Part shown: one piece after another, positions 1 to 12,383 of the stretch | Layout: each line of letters begins with the position of its first letter | Position numbering within the stretch: position 1 is the stretch's first letter | Source: Folioceros fuciformis | Lineage: Eukaryota | Reading direction: 5' to 3' | Length of the DNA stretch: 34,316 nt | Assembly: GCA_049999805.1 (NCBI GenBank) | Contig: JBNGIO010003618.1 | Location: forward strand, 1 to 34,316 | Notes under the pieces: model-generated | Databases searched by the model: none | What the model was told of the DNA's origin: nothing | What the model saw: only the letters and a program-made list of their open reading frames with translations | Program-made: the position numbers and the translations under genes

Positions 1-148
1 CTGCTGCTGTGAGTTGTTTCAATCGGTGCTGCGCTTCGGCGGAGGGTAGAGTGTGTGGGTCGTACCACCTCCAAGAACATGAGCGTTTGCTTCTGAGATC
101 TCAGCTTTTCTTCGGGACCACGAAGAGCAGGAGAAGACGGGGTTCAAG

Positions 149-2161
149 ATGCCTGGAGTGATGTTAGACATAGGGGCGGACGAGCTGTCCTTCGCATCGG
201 ACGCCCCATCGCCCATTTACAATTCTTCCTCCCCGCTCTGCTCGCCGCTGCCGCTTTCCCACAGCCGCTCTCCGCACACCCTGCACTCACCGGGGGCGGT
301 GGCGGTGGCGGCGGCCGCTTCCAGGAGGTCCGCCAAGGATGTGTACCCGCAGCTGGCCGGCTCAACGTACGGCAGGAGCCAGAGCCTCATCAACACGGCC
401 GCCATCCCGCCGTCGTACAGCAGCGGCTGCTTCAGCCTCCCGTCCACTCCCGGAAAATTGAGCGACATGTCGATGCTGGACGGGTTGGAAGACGTGCAGT
501 GCGGCGACTCGGCTTCTTCGATGGACTCGGCGGTGCTTACGGGCCTTGACTCCTCTGTGCTCCAGGGGAGCAGCTTCATTCTGGACACGAGGGAGGTGAA
601 CAACCTCACCGGGAGGATGCCGCCCACATCGCCCACCGCCAGCCTGGAGAATGCACCCATTTTCGCTGCTTTGCAGAAGTTTCTGCTCAACAGCAACACC
701 AGCGAGGATGACGACTCTTGGGCGGCGGTGGATGTGTACGCTTGCGATGAATTCAGGATGTACGAGTTCAAGGTTCGACGGTGTATGAGAGGCAGGAGCC
801 ATGACTGGACGGAGTGCCCGTTTGCTCACCCGGGCGAGAAGGCACGCAGGCGCGATCCCCGCCGCTTTCACTACTCCGGAACTGCCTGCCCCGACTTCAG
901 GAAGGGCAGCTGCCGCAGGGGAGACGCCTGCGAGTTCGCTCATGGAGTGTTCGAGTGCTGGCTGCATCCCGCCCGTTATCGCACTCAGCCTTGCAAAGAC
1001 GGGAGGAGCTGTCGGCGGAGGGTTTGTTTCTTCGCGCACACCCAGGAGCAACTGCGCCTGCTTCCGGGGGCTGCCCAGGCCGCCAGCGTTGCAAGAAATG
1101 TGCTGAGCGGTAGCAGCGGGGCGGCCACTGCGCTCGCTGCTTGCCTGTCCCAGTCTGGTTCCTTCGACGGCGGCATTTCATTCGACGGCAGCAGCAGGTG
1201 CCTCGCCGCCGCGCACTCCTTCGACGGATCCGCCCAGTATGGCTTCTCCAGCGACTCTACTGGCCACTGTTGCAACACCTCCCAGGTGTCTTCACCGACT
1301 TCAACTCTTGTCGGGCACACCCTGTCCCCGCCGCCCTTGTCTCCCCCGCTCTCACCGTCCGCCTCTCCTATGTCCCCGCCTTCTCCCCACTGGCCGAACT
1401 CCCTGGTGCACGGCCTGTCCAATCTTGCCATGGCCCAAAACGCTCTGTCCCAGGCCGCTTCCTACTCCCAGCCGCTCTCTGATGTAGCCAGCCTCTCTCA
1501 GGCCCAGGCTTCCTTTGCTCGAGCGCACTCCAGCCAGCAGGCGATGGCCGCTGCGGTGGTAGCTGCTGCAGCTTCTCAAGGGATGGTGACTCCGGCGCAC
1601 CGCCGCCACTTGGATCGTCTCAACTCCATGCCTTCTCTGTCCATCCCGTCGGCAGCCGAGCACTACTCTCACAGGGGTGGATTGATGCAGTCCGTGTCCT
1701 CTCCCCTGTCTTCTCCCGGGAGCGGGTCTCCCCCGTCGCCAGGCCCGCACTCTCTGTCTCACTCCCACGGCCCTTCCAAGGAGATGTCTGATCTGATAGC
1801 TTCTTTTCAGCATCTGGAGATGCGGGGTGGTGGCGGCGGATTATCCCCTCTCTGGCTTCAGGCTCAATCAGCACAGGCTGCGCAGGTGGCATCGCCGGGA
1901 GCGCAGTATTCTTCGGGGCCGTCCCCTCTTCGCCGATGCTCTCAGAGCGTGCCTGTCACGCCCACTAAGCTCAGGTGGGATGGGAAGGAGCAGCAGCCGT
2001 GGGAGGTGCCCGACAATGAGGAAGAAGAGCAGCAGTCTGGAGTGATGCGCTCCAAGATGTACGGTAGCAGGATGAAGGAGAATAGGATGGATGTGGGGGA
2101 GTCACCTGATTTTGCATGGGTGAGCGAGCTGGTGAAGGAGGATTCGGAGCAGAGCTGGTAA
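149..2161 (+). CDS. TZF: Arginine-rich tandem CCCH zinc-finger RNA-binding protein (RR-TZF, no ankyrin repeats), single exon, 670 aa
   Basis: Plant RR-TZF signature [38 protein letters not shown], then two CCCH fingers ([19 protein letters not shown] and [16 protein letters not shown]), Ser/Pro-rich low-complexity region and the conserved C-terminal [11 protein letters not shown] motif. Confidence 0.95.
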   Translation: MPGVMLDIGADELSFASDAPSPIYNSSSPLCSPLPLSHSRSPHTLHSPGAVAVAAAASRRSAKDVYPQLAGSTYGRSQSLINTAAIPPSYSSGCFSLPSTPGKLSDMSMLDGLEDVQCGDSASSMDSAVLTGLDSSVLQGSSFILDTREVNNLTGRMPPTSPTASLENAPIFAALQKFLLNSNTSEDDDSWAAVDVYACDEFRMYEFKVRRCMRGRSHDWTECPFAHPGEKARRRDPRRFHYSGTACPDFRKGSCRRGDACEFAHGVFECWLHPARYRTQPCKDGRSCRRRVCFFAHTQEQLRLLPGAAQAASVARNVLSGSSGAATALAACLSQSGSFDGGISFDGSSRCLAAAHSFDGSAQYGFSSDSTGHCCNTSQVSSPTSTLVGHTLSPPPLSPPLSPSASPMSPPSPHWPNSLVHGLSNLAMAQNALSQAASYSQPLSDVASLSQAQASFARAHSSQQAMAAAVVAAAASQGMVTPAHRRHLDRLNSMPSLSIPSAAEHYSHRGGLMQSVSSPLSSPGSGSPPSPGPHSLSHSHGPSKEMSDLIASFQHLEMRGGGGGLSPLWLQAQSAQAAQVASPGAQYSSGPSPLRRCSQSVPVTPTKLRWDGKEQQPWEVPDNEEEEQQSGVMRSKMYGSRMKENRMDVGESPDFAWVSELVKEDSEQSW

Positions 2162-3246
2162 TGGGTTCTGCTCCTGCCCTGGGAGGAAGGTGGTGGAAGG
2201 ATGGAGAGTTGGATCCCAGCGGGAGTGAGGCGAAAACCCTCCATTGGGGCTGGGATTGCTGATAATCCGACAGCAGGAAACTGTTTTGGGTGGTTGGCCA
2301 GTTTGTTGGAGGGTGGAATCATAGCTCGAGCGGCTCTTGAAGGGGGTTCGTGCAACGAGGACGAAGTTGTGGAATGTTCTCGAGTGCACACATGGTGATC
2401 GGAACCGGGCTCCTCAGCTGTGTTTGGTACAACCTTCCATGTTATTTTTTTTCTGAGGTAGTCCATCTATTCTTTTTTGAGCTCTGTCAATGGCAAGGGA
2501 GTGGCAGCTTGGAGGAGGTTAGCGGAAGGAAGCCTCCAATTTTTTCCCCTTTTCTTGTAAATGTCGGTGTGGTCAGTCAGTGGAACTGTTGATTGGGGCT
2601 TCGCCGAAAAGCATGGGAGTCAGCCTTGGTCCAGCTTCTATAGACTTTACTCTGTACAAAAAGCGGGTAGGTATGTCGACAGCAGCAATAACAACATTGT
2701 ACAATCCTGTGCAAATGGGTGATTAACTGGGCGGGTGGGAGGGGTTGAGATCTTTTGTTCCTTTTGACTCTTACTTTCATGTCACCTTGGGTAACGTCAT
2801 CGTGGTGCAAGGAATTGGCGGGTCTTATGGTGGCTGGTCTGGGGTCACTAGGGTTCCTGTGTAGGGGTTTAGTAGATTTATTAGCGGTGGCGGGCACTGC
2901 AATGCCTGCCCTGCCTCTACCCTTGCCCTGCCTGCCTACGATCTTGCCCTTTGACACTCCACCTCTCGACTGAACATCTGAATTATATAATTGCAATTTA
3001 TGCGTCCGATTCTTTTTTCCGTTTGTGCTATTCTGTCTAGCACTATTCTATGAAGTTCCTCAATTCTGGCTCTACTGTCAGGGTAGTTCGCTGTGGACAG
3101 GTCTGGGGTCTAACACATTTGAAGCAATGGCTTACTATTGAAGCTATGGGTTCAAAGGACCAATTGTTGGTTACATTTCATCAAAGTTAGGAAGAAAATG
3201 GGGATGAGGTTAGACGCCCTTCATCAGCCGGAAGGGAGGGTGGGGT

Positions 3247-3346
3247 NNNNNNNNNNNNNNNNNNNNNNNNNNNNNNNNNNNNNNNNNNNNNNNNNNNNNN
3301 NNNNNNNNNNNNNNNNNNNNNNNNNNNNNNNNNNNNNNNNNNNNNN
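3247..3346. other. Assembly gap (100 N)
   Basis: Run of exactly 100 N, flanked on both sides by G-tract sequence. Confidence 0.99.
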
Positions 3347-5785
3347 GGGTGGGGAAGAGAAGGAGAAGTTGCACATTACCTGGAAATCCTGGGCCAGAAG
3401 AGGTCGATGAGAACTATGCTGGAGCGGGGGTGTAAGCTTTAGGCACTACACTTTCAAGTTTTGTTGTGTTTTCCTTCAGCCGGATTGAAAGCAGAGCAAT
3501 ATGCTTGTCTAGCTTTCCATCAATTTTCTGTAGCTAGCAGTTGCAGCTTCAATTTTCTCTGCCTAGTAGTTGCAGCTCAAGTCTCGCTTATGTCAACTTG
3601 CAGGAGATCTTGATGTTAGTCTCAGATTCTGTAAAGACTTTGATTCAAATTAAACACGATGTAAATTGTCCGACTTTTGAAGTTCGTAATGAAGGATTTA
3701 TTTTATTATGCCCTGGTTTCGTTAATTTATTTCCCGTGACTTGGTTGTTAGCTTTGCTTCGCCCTGAAGCAACTCTTTAGTCTTGGATTCGTGTCGTTCT
3801 TTCCTGCACCCTGCATGGTCGGTTATATGGGAGGTGTACCTGGCGTTACGTCAGGACGCTTTCGCTGCCTCTTGTGAAAATTTGTTATGCGACTTCTACT
3901 CATCCGGTGTCAGACGGTGAGACCGAGAGAAGGCGCACTGATGTGGCTTCATTTCGTAAAATCATTTGTTTAGTCTGTTTGTGTCCACATCTTCATGTCT
4001 CTGTTCGCGAGGGCTGGCATATGCCACGGAAGTCTGAATATCTAGATACACATGGAATTGCACTCTCCCGCTGTATGTGACAAATGATGACTTTGATAGC
4101 AAACAGTGGCAGCGAGAGTTGTCAGTCTCATTACTCCTGCCGAACGCGAGTTTTTGTCAGTTGTTTCTGCGTACCAACTGTGATGATGCTTCGTAGCAAA
4201 CGAGGCTCATCAGCAAGAACGAGAGCAGCAGTAACGCATGAGGTACTTGTGCAGGCCGGACCGTTGGAAGCAGCATCATTCAACAGTCCGCGCTATCTCT
4301 GCCATGCCACCTTCTCATACAGGCTCTATCATGCAAATGCTGATGAGCAGCCTGGTGTGTCAACAGCTCTTGTAGCTCCAACTCTTCCCCGCGGACTGCA
4401 GCCTTATCAAGGCCATTCAGAGCTTAGCAAGTCATTTAGGGATAGTTACAATGCTCATGTTTCGTTCAGCTCGTTTTGGGAAAAAAAAGCCTTCACCAAC
4501 CAACTGAATTAGACATAGTTCATGTGTGCATGCTGCATTTTCTTGGGTGTTGTCTCCAGCTCTAATCAGCATAGATTGTCATCATGTATAAGTATAGTCT
4601 AGTAGAGTGAGGTGCATATGCATAAAAGTACCTTAACTCTATTTTCTTTAATGAGTATAGGACATGATATATATTGAATGTAGTTCTTTTTTTTTACCAT
4701 GACTAATACTTTACTTAAAAATAGATTGAGAACCCACATCTACCTCAAACATAAGTAGACAAAATTTGTAGGGGCATGAAGCTTATAGGAAACTAGCAAA
4801 GCCAAGAGGTATTAGCTCCCATGAGTTCTCCGCCCATAACTATCCTACTACTCCCAAGATGTCATGATTAGAGATAACAAAGGGCCTAATAGATACCAAA
4901 GCCCATGATGCCGTGAGATCCACACTAGCAAGCCAACTTGTATATTACGTTGGTTGGTCTGTGCTCTTTGCAAAGTCATGCTAATGAGCTGTCCAAAGAA
5001 GGCCACAGTTGAGAAAGGAGGAGAAACTCAATCATGTGAATGTGATAAGCATTTTCACAATCAGTGACAAGTCTTGAAAAATGCTTGTCATTTTGCCCAT
5101 GGCCCAAGAGTTTGCGGGGAAAATGTGTCTGTCATGCTTAAAAGCATATTTGTGGACCTTCCTTGTCGTGCATCCCTTAGTCGTCTAGCTTGAAAGGTTG
5201 GGGATAGAATTTCTTGTGAGATCTATAGGCATTACGTCTACAACACATATTGGCTCCTCCATGCTAGCCAGATCAATAAGGATCATGTTTACAGCACATA
5301 TTGGCTCCTCCTTGATGAAAAAAGAGAAAGCTCTACTTGATACTTGGCTACATAGTGGATACGAACGCTCACTAATAAGAAAACAAAACACTCACTTGTC
5401 TTGAGAACATGACATATAAATGGCATCACATGTGTCGATTTGTTAGCCTCGAACATAACAACATGCCAAATGAGATCCAAAGTTGTTTATTAACCCTACC
5501 ACTACATGTGGAGAGGAAGAAAGCCAAACGATTGGCCAAGCCTTAACAGAATCTTATGGTTGTGGTAAAGGATGTTAGTGTATTGAAATGCCTTATTGCA
5601 TGACAGAGCTAAAAGATAAGATCTTGCATCTAAGAATATAAGCAATTCCTTGTTTGCCTTAAAGAAACAAAGAAAATGCCCCTTCTCAACCCTTTAGATG
5701 AATCATCAAGAGTACTAGCCTATGCATACTCACCATCTTGACCTAGAAGAGATACCTCCTGAGACCACCTTAACATGATTCCATC

Positions 5786-6028
5786 AACCTTGACTACCTT
5801 GACAAATTCTAGCCAAAATATTGTCCCACTAACTAAAAATGTGATAGGCGAGAAGTGACCAACCTTGACTACCTTGACAAACTCCAGCCAAAATATTTGT
5901 TCTATTAAAGAGCTAACTAAAAATATCACAAGCGAGAAGTGACCAGCCTTGACTACCTTGACAAACTCCAGCCAAAATATCTCTCCTATTAAAGAGCTAA
6001 CTAAAAACATTACAGGTGAGAAGTGACC
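5786..6028. repeat. Three-copy imperfect tandem repeat (75 bp, 84 bp and a near-complete third unit) in a CpG-poor, probably TE-derived region
   Basis: CCTTGACTACCTTGACAAA starts at 5788, 5863 and 5947; each unit also contains AGCCAAAATAT, CTAACTAAAAA and GAGAAGTGACC. Confidence 0.9.
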
Positions 6029-6636
6029 TCCTTACCCTTACAAGGACCGTCCTATCCTAGACAACATGAGACACCACTAAAGAGGAAGAAATAGAAAATC
6101 TCACCATCCTCATTCCAAGGGTTTGGTTTGGTGGGGCTAACATGAACATATAACTCCATAAAAGTATGCCATACAACTCCTTAGTTGAGACAAAGCACTT
6201 TATGTGTTAAATGCTCTTTTGTAATCTAGTGGACGAGGAAGGGGCTTACGAATCATTGATTTATGAAGGATAACGTACATATGTATCTACGAGTCCATAC
6301 GACCCGAAGCGATCCCTAAAAGGGCTCAACAATCCTTTAAATCCGGAAACAGCTTTTCATTCTGTGCCTTGACTCCATTAGGTCTACAGTGCTGGACTAG
6401 CAAGGGGTCTACAGGGTGTGGTCATGTGTTATATATTTGTGAAGTCCTGAGCAAAAGTCATCGTGCAAATTGTCTAGTGACAGTAGACGCTACTTGTGTC
6501 TTCGAGGGCGAGCGTCTTCTGCGGCTGTGCGCTTCCAGCCGGATCGATGTCTACGGCGGTAATGCGGGCTGGGAAGGGCCAAAACGGCGCGCTTTCCAGA
6601 CCAGCGCTTGAAGGATCAGGACGCAAGGGATCGCAG

Positions 6637-7304
6637 ATGCCCCAGGAGACCGTTCTTCGACAACGCCTGTGGTCATCGTTTCAGAGCTTTCCTCTGATAG
6701 CCACCATCAGCAAGTACATTTTCATCTACAACGTTACCTTTGGCTTGTACATGCTTGACTGGTGGGAGCGATACCTTTTCAGTATCCTTTTCCTCTTGTT
6801 GCTGTTTTTGTTTTTGGGTGGCAATCGCTGTCTGCTGGGCGATGTTACGGGCAGTAGCGGCTTGTTGGGCAATGTTAACTCGTACCAGATACTGTGGTGT
6901 TCTTCTTGTTGTTCACCATCAGCATCAAAGTCGTTCGAGTGGTTTTCCGTCAGTACTTGTGGTGAGCCAACCTTTAGGGTTCTCTAGGTGACGAAGCAAA
7001 TTGTCTGGTTCTGTCCGTCAATGCAGTAGGTTAGTGTGCAATGGCTCACCAGGCGCGTAGTTGAAGGGACAAAACTGCTTTGTCCTGTCGTAATTTGTTC
7101 GAATTTCCCGCTTGAAATTAGGTTGCTGGAAGCATTCGAGTTGGGGCGTCTTGCTTGGTGAGTCTCTATCTTGTCAACCCATTCTTTATATCGTGTGATA
7201 TGACTCTGGGTCTACTGAACGAGGAAGTACTTGCCCATCCAGAGCTTTGAAATCTTACTTTTTTCTGCAGGGTGCACCGTCATGCCATGAATGGAGCTGG
7301 CTGA
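6637..7304 (+). CDS. ssSPT: Small subunit of serine palmitoyltransferase (ssSPT); exons 6637-6781, 6889-6961, 7271-7304 (83 aa), or ending at TGA 6963-6965 if intron 2 is retained (73 aa)
   Basis: IYNVTFGLYMLDWWERYLF matches the plant ssSPT core. GT-AG intron 6782-6888 restores ...LFNTVVFFLLF (TM helix). Donor GTGAGC at 6962 and acceptor TTTTCTGCAG at 7270 give ...YLWVHRHAMNGAG*. Confidence 0.88.
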
Positions 7305-9624
7305 CAAGACAACGAGCGACTCTGTGCTCCATTGTGGGCGGTTACTGTGTGTGTGCCCTCTACAAAAGGCACCATAATTTATCAATCTTTGATTGGTCAA
7401 ACTTGAAGGTTACAAAGCCACTGATATCATCCTTGGGCTTGCTGACTCTCTTTTCCCGGCAACGTCTGAGACAGGCGTGAGGCTTGAGGGGTAGGTGCGG
7501 AACAGTTCTTGGGCCGAGCGTTGGAGAATCCCTGAATGTTGCAGTGTTCGTCACTGAGCACACTCGGAGGAATGAGCTGAACAGCACCAAGCAAACGTAA
7601 TAGTTCCACAGTCTCGAATTCTGTTACCATTATCCCTTAGTGCTACTTGATGTCTAGCCGCAGGTCTGATCCCTGGCTCTGGTTGCTTGTAAACTGTGGA
7701 GTTTCCTAGGCATGGAAATTGATAGTCAGCAGGTCTAACCCATGTTCGCGAGGGGTTTGTGGTCGTGCTACTTCGTTCTGGTGTTATCCCGTATTTGTAT
7801 TAGTTCTGTTGTCCTCCTGTGGGTAGTGGTTCTCATCAAATTGAGCGTGTCTGCGCTGCCCCACGCCCACAGTGTCGAGTCCTGCATTGCGCAGGAGCTG
7901 TGGCAAGAGATGAATAGTACTCTTCCAACATTTCCTCGCCTGTTGCCTTCAGGCTTACTGAAAAGCGGAACGACTTTCTTCCCAAAATGTTATGTGGTGT
8001 CGTTTCTTTGAATGCCGTCAATGTCGTCAATGCAGTAATTCAAACTACCTGAATAGGAATGGCAAGAGGAAATTATGTGCCTATGCCTTTGAGGTCTAGT
8101 GGCGAGTGGATTCACTTCATTTCGTCGCCTGATACTGTCCTTTGATGTGTGTCCACAGTCTCGAGTATTCCATCCGTGTGTGGGCATCCGTTCACTGACT
8201 TGCCGGAGCAGATGTTTTCCTTCCAGAACCATCTATTGAAATCGACACTGCTGTGATAGGTTGCGACTTTTCTGCTACGTAGTGTGTCCTTGCTATAGCT
8301 GAAGCAGAGGGAACTTCATGTTCTTCATGAAATTATTTGTGCGAGAAGACCTTTTCACTTCTTTCGCCCACTGTCTGCGAACAGATAACGGTTGCCCCGT
8401 TTCCGTCTTAAGAAAAGCTCTACCTAATCATTAAGCCAGGAGACAGTGGGCCTGATGCTTCCCGCAGGGACATTTTCTCAAGGTAGAAGTAACAAGTGAG
8501 CATCCACGGACAGCCTCTGAGAACGATGCTGTGAAGCCCTTCCACATGATCCAGACTCCCTCACGGACACCCTCGACAAGAAGGGGCCTGAAACGAGGGC
8601 AGTACTATGCAGAGCTTAGGTCCGCAACGCCATTACACTAGCAACTCAACTCATGCCAGGGGAATCTGAGAAGCAAAAAGCAAAGAGCTTTCGCCTAGGG
8701 CTTCAGCTCATCTCTGGCCGACGTGCGAAGGTCACTTGCAACGCGACAACGTTCCCTCTATGGTCCCCCTACATGTCAACGCCTACCTGGGAATCACTCC
8801 TAAGGGTGGAGTCCCTCTGGTGGTGCGGACGCTCGCTGTCACCGAAATTGGCGGCGGTGGGAACGAGGCGCAGTCAGACGGAAACAAAAGCAGATACCTG
8901 TTCTGAACAAATCGATCACGAAATCACACGGCACCACACGCCAGACTCAACCACATGAATGTAAGCTGTGGTTTTGAAAGAACCCAAACAGGGTCGTGCA
9001 AGAAGAACGAGGTAAGACCATTGCGCTCAAAGGTCGTCGCACATATGATACAGTTGGAGAAGTCTGCACCAGGCCTTGAGAATACATAAACCCTAATTCT
9101 CAAAACATCGGTATAGGTGACGATACTGCCGTGCGTCAAACAGGAATGAGGAATTACCATGTGTGTACGCAACCCTAGATGGGTGGGGCAGGCAAGCCTA
9201 ATGCGCGTAGACACGCTTGTCACGTCACCCTTTCCAGCAACGAGCGGTGACGCTCATATGCAGCAAGCCAGAGGAGTTCAGGGGACGAGCGACCTAGAAA
9301 CTTCTGACGGAGCAAAGCAGAAAACTCCTGGCTCCGCAGCAGGCCAAGTCTGCCAGGCTCGTTGCACACAAAAAGAAGAGATAGCGACATCAGAATCCTG
9401 AAGAGAGGTGTGGCGCGAATGTGTGGCTCGAGCTTGCCAGGCAGTTTGGTGCTGGACTTATTCCTTGCCTCAAGCATTCTGTATCCAAACCGCTTAGTTA
9501 ATCACCCTCGAGGCCAGCCCATCTGGAGATGGGGCAACATCCTCCAAGCAAAGAAAAGATCATACATATGAGGTGATGCAGTGAATCGCCCCAGCTCTGC
9601 CTGGATACGTTGCTTGTCCTACGA

Positions 9625-9894
9625 CACGTGAAGCGTGTGCTTAAGGTTAGCCGCTGGTTGTGAGGTCTCTTGAATCAGAGGCATGTGATTAGACGCACGG
9701 ATTTTATGGTCTCCAGCCAGGGCATTTAGACTGTGAGCCACCCAATTCTACCCACCCTGAAATCGCGTACCGTAACCGGAGGCGGTGTTTCCTAATACGC
9801 ACTTTGTATTCGGCTTTGTATCCTATCCTCCTCGCTGGACAGGTTTTACCCGCCTGGCCGGACAACATGGAGGACTGCTAAACGTCCACGTGGC
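9625..9894 (+). promoter_or_regulatory. Two G-boxes upstream of SPS (CACGTG at 9625-9630; CCACGTGGC at 9886-9894)
   Basis: Exact motifs about 730 and 470 bp upstream of the inferred SPS ATG; G-boxes are bZIP (HY5/GBF) and bHLH sites; function inferred. Confidence 0.4.
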
Positions 9895-10357
9895 CGGATG
9901 GCACGCCGCTAACGCTCCATCCGGGGTGGGACCAGTGCAATGGGACCACAGCTGGGAGGCTACGCCTTGCGCTTACGGCTGTCCAGTCCTAGTCTTCCGC
10001 TACAGCGCAGCTTACAGAGGCCAATTGTGCCGCGCCAGGCCTCGAGAAACCGGGGGAAGGAACATCGCAGCAGCCGAACCCGGGTTGCGCTGGGCTCGGA
10101 TCTGATCTCATCTGACCTGAACAGGCACCGCAGGACGATGAGTGTTCCTCGTGCCCTGCAACCGACTCTGAAAGAAAGCACCTGCGTCCTCCAGCTTCTG
10201 TGCCGCACTTGACACATCCGGACGAGCTGGTTGGAAGGGAGAGGCAGTTATTGGGAAGGGAAGGGACGGGAAGGGAAGGGAGAGGAGGAGGTGGAGGGGA
10301 GGGATATCGGCATTGCAGGTGAGAAGGGGTGTTGGGCACTTTCTGTCAGGTCGTACA

Positions 10358-12383
10358 ATGTGGCATGGTGTCGGACTGTCATGTGGTGGTGAGCTCGAAT
10401 TTGGGTGCGGAAATCGGATCATGGGTGGAATGCGTTTGCAGGATGTTGAGCTGAAGCGGTGCAGGTTCTGCTGTTGCGTGTAGAGCATTTTGTGAGCGGT
10501 TGGATTCGGTGTGGAAGTGGGCGTCAGCTGGATGGCTCAGCTCGGTCACAGTCTGTTGTGGAGCCGGCGGTCGAGATGCGGACCTGTAGTGGCCGCACGG
10601 GTGTTCAAGCCCGGTTGCATTGCCGAGGCTTCTGCGGAGCCGGGGCCTGCGCTTGCTCGGCCTGGGGAGCCAGTTTCTGAGCCAGGGCCGGCTCTCAAGG
10701 CCGCCCTGGCGAAGTTGGTCCGGTCTGGACGGCCCCCCGTGGCGCGGGCATCGGTGGCGGCTCCTCCTCCCGTGGTGGATGTGTCAAGTATGTTCAGGTA
10801 CTCTATGTCCTGTGGAGCTTGTTTCTGGCTGGCGAGGGAGAGCCGGGGAATTCATTTGTTTTCAGGATTGTAGATATTGTGGGTCCGACCGTTCCCTGCG
10901 TGGTCAATGGGGGCGCCCCGGTCAGGCCCTTTCCCATGGAACGGGTGTCTTTAAGTGCTCTGATTGAGCCGGTGGCGGATGATCTGCAAACTTTGCAGAA
11001 GAACTTACATGCGGTGAGACTTTTGCCCCTCGCCTGGCTTTCGTTGCACTGGACTAGGGAGTGGTTTCTATTTTGGACCTCTGCTGGGAGGTGGTAGGCT
11101 TGCCGAAGCCTAATCACTTTGCATCTTCAGGTTGTTGGTAATCAGAATCCCATGCTTGAAGCAGCTGCCGAGCAGATTTTCGGTGCGGGGGGCAAGAGAA
11201 TGAGACCTGCCCTCATCTTCCTGGTGGCAAGAGCAACGCTAAAACTAGCCGATTTTGAGTAAGCTCACCACGCAATCAATTTTTTTGTTGCCACAGGCTC
11301 ACTCGACCTGTATGGCCCCTCAAATCGTGGTGCCCTTGTACGTTTTCCAGGGAATTGAGGCCCCAGCATCGCCGATTAGCGGAGATCACGGAAATGATTC
11401 ACACTGCAAGTTTGATGCACGACGATGTCCTTGATGACAGTGCCACCCGCAGGGGTATGTCTTCTGTCCGTTTTTCAATTGACGATGCTGCACATCCGCA
11501 GGGGAATCATCACAGGCAATGACGGTTGAGGATGACTGGGAACTTGCGTTGGTGACGCAGGCCAGAAAACCACACACAACTTGTTCGGCACAAAGGTGGC
11601 TGTGCTGGCTGGTGACTTCATGTTTGCCCAGTCGTCGTGGTACCTTGCAAATTTGGACAACTTGGAAGTCGTCAAACTTATAAGCCAGGTTAGTTTCCTT
11701 ATGTGCAAACGATTAAGTCATTTTCAGAGGCTTCAATATGCAAGGGAAGTGTGCAGACACGACTCTGCCGAGAAACTTTGGCGGTAAACTTGCTTGATCC
11801 GGGTCTTGACACAGCCATTGTGGTTTGTCATCAGGTTATCAGAGATTTCTCTAGTGGGGAAATCAAGCAGGCGCAGAGTCTTTTTGACTGTGACTTGACT
11901 TTCGAAGACTACATGGAGAAGAGCTATTTCAAAACTGCGTCTCTCATAGCTGCCAGCGCTCGATGTGCGGCTATCTTCAGCAATGTTAGTCCTCGCGTTT
12001 GTGACCAGATGTTCGATTACGGCAAGCACCTTGGTCTGGCGTTCCAGGTTGTGGACGACATTTTAGACTTCACTCAAACGTCCGAGCAATTGGGGAAACC
12101 GGCAGGCAGTGACCTGGCTAATGGCAATCTTACAGCGCCAGTTTTGTTTGCGCTGGAGAAGGAGCCAAGACTAAGGGCGTTGATCGAATCCAGGTTTAGG
12201 GAGCCTGAGAGTTTGGAAGAAGCCATCGTACTGATCAAGAACGCAGGAGGTATTGAAAGAGCTCGGGTGCTGGCGCAGCAACAGGGTGAGTTGGCGCTCT
12301 ACAACTTAGAGTGCTTACCACAGGGTCAGGTGCGGCAGTCTTTAGAGGGTATGGTTGGTTATGTCCTGGAGCGAATTTTCTAG
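10358..12383 (+). CDS. SPS: Plastid solanesyl-diphosphate synthase (plastoquinone side chain); exons 10358-10464, 10552-10797, 10866-11013, 11131-11258, 11351-11454, 11561-11688, 11835-12383 (about 469 aa; first exon least certain)
   Basis: Spliced translation gives [84 protein letters not shown] and C-terminal YVLERIF. All joins are GT-AG and frame-preserving. Confidence 0.93.

Noticed and set aside
5786-6028. CRISPR-like repeat-spacer appearance and 96-aa hydrophobic minus-strand ORF
   Set aside because: Eukaryotic context, no cas genes, and the inter-repeat segments are homologous to each other; the ORF lacks an ATG start
7052-7112. tRNA/SINE-like A and B boxes (TAGTTGAAGGG...GTTCGAAT) in ssSPT intron 2
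   Set aside because: No consistent cloverleaf and an imperfect B box
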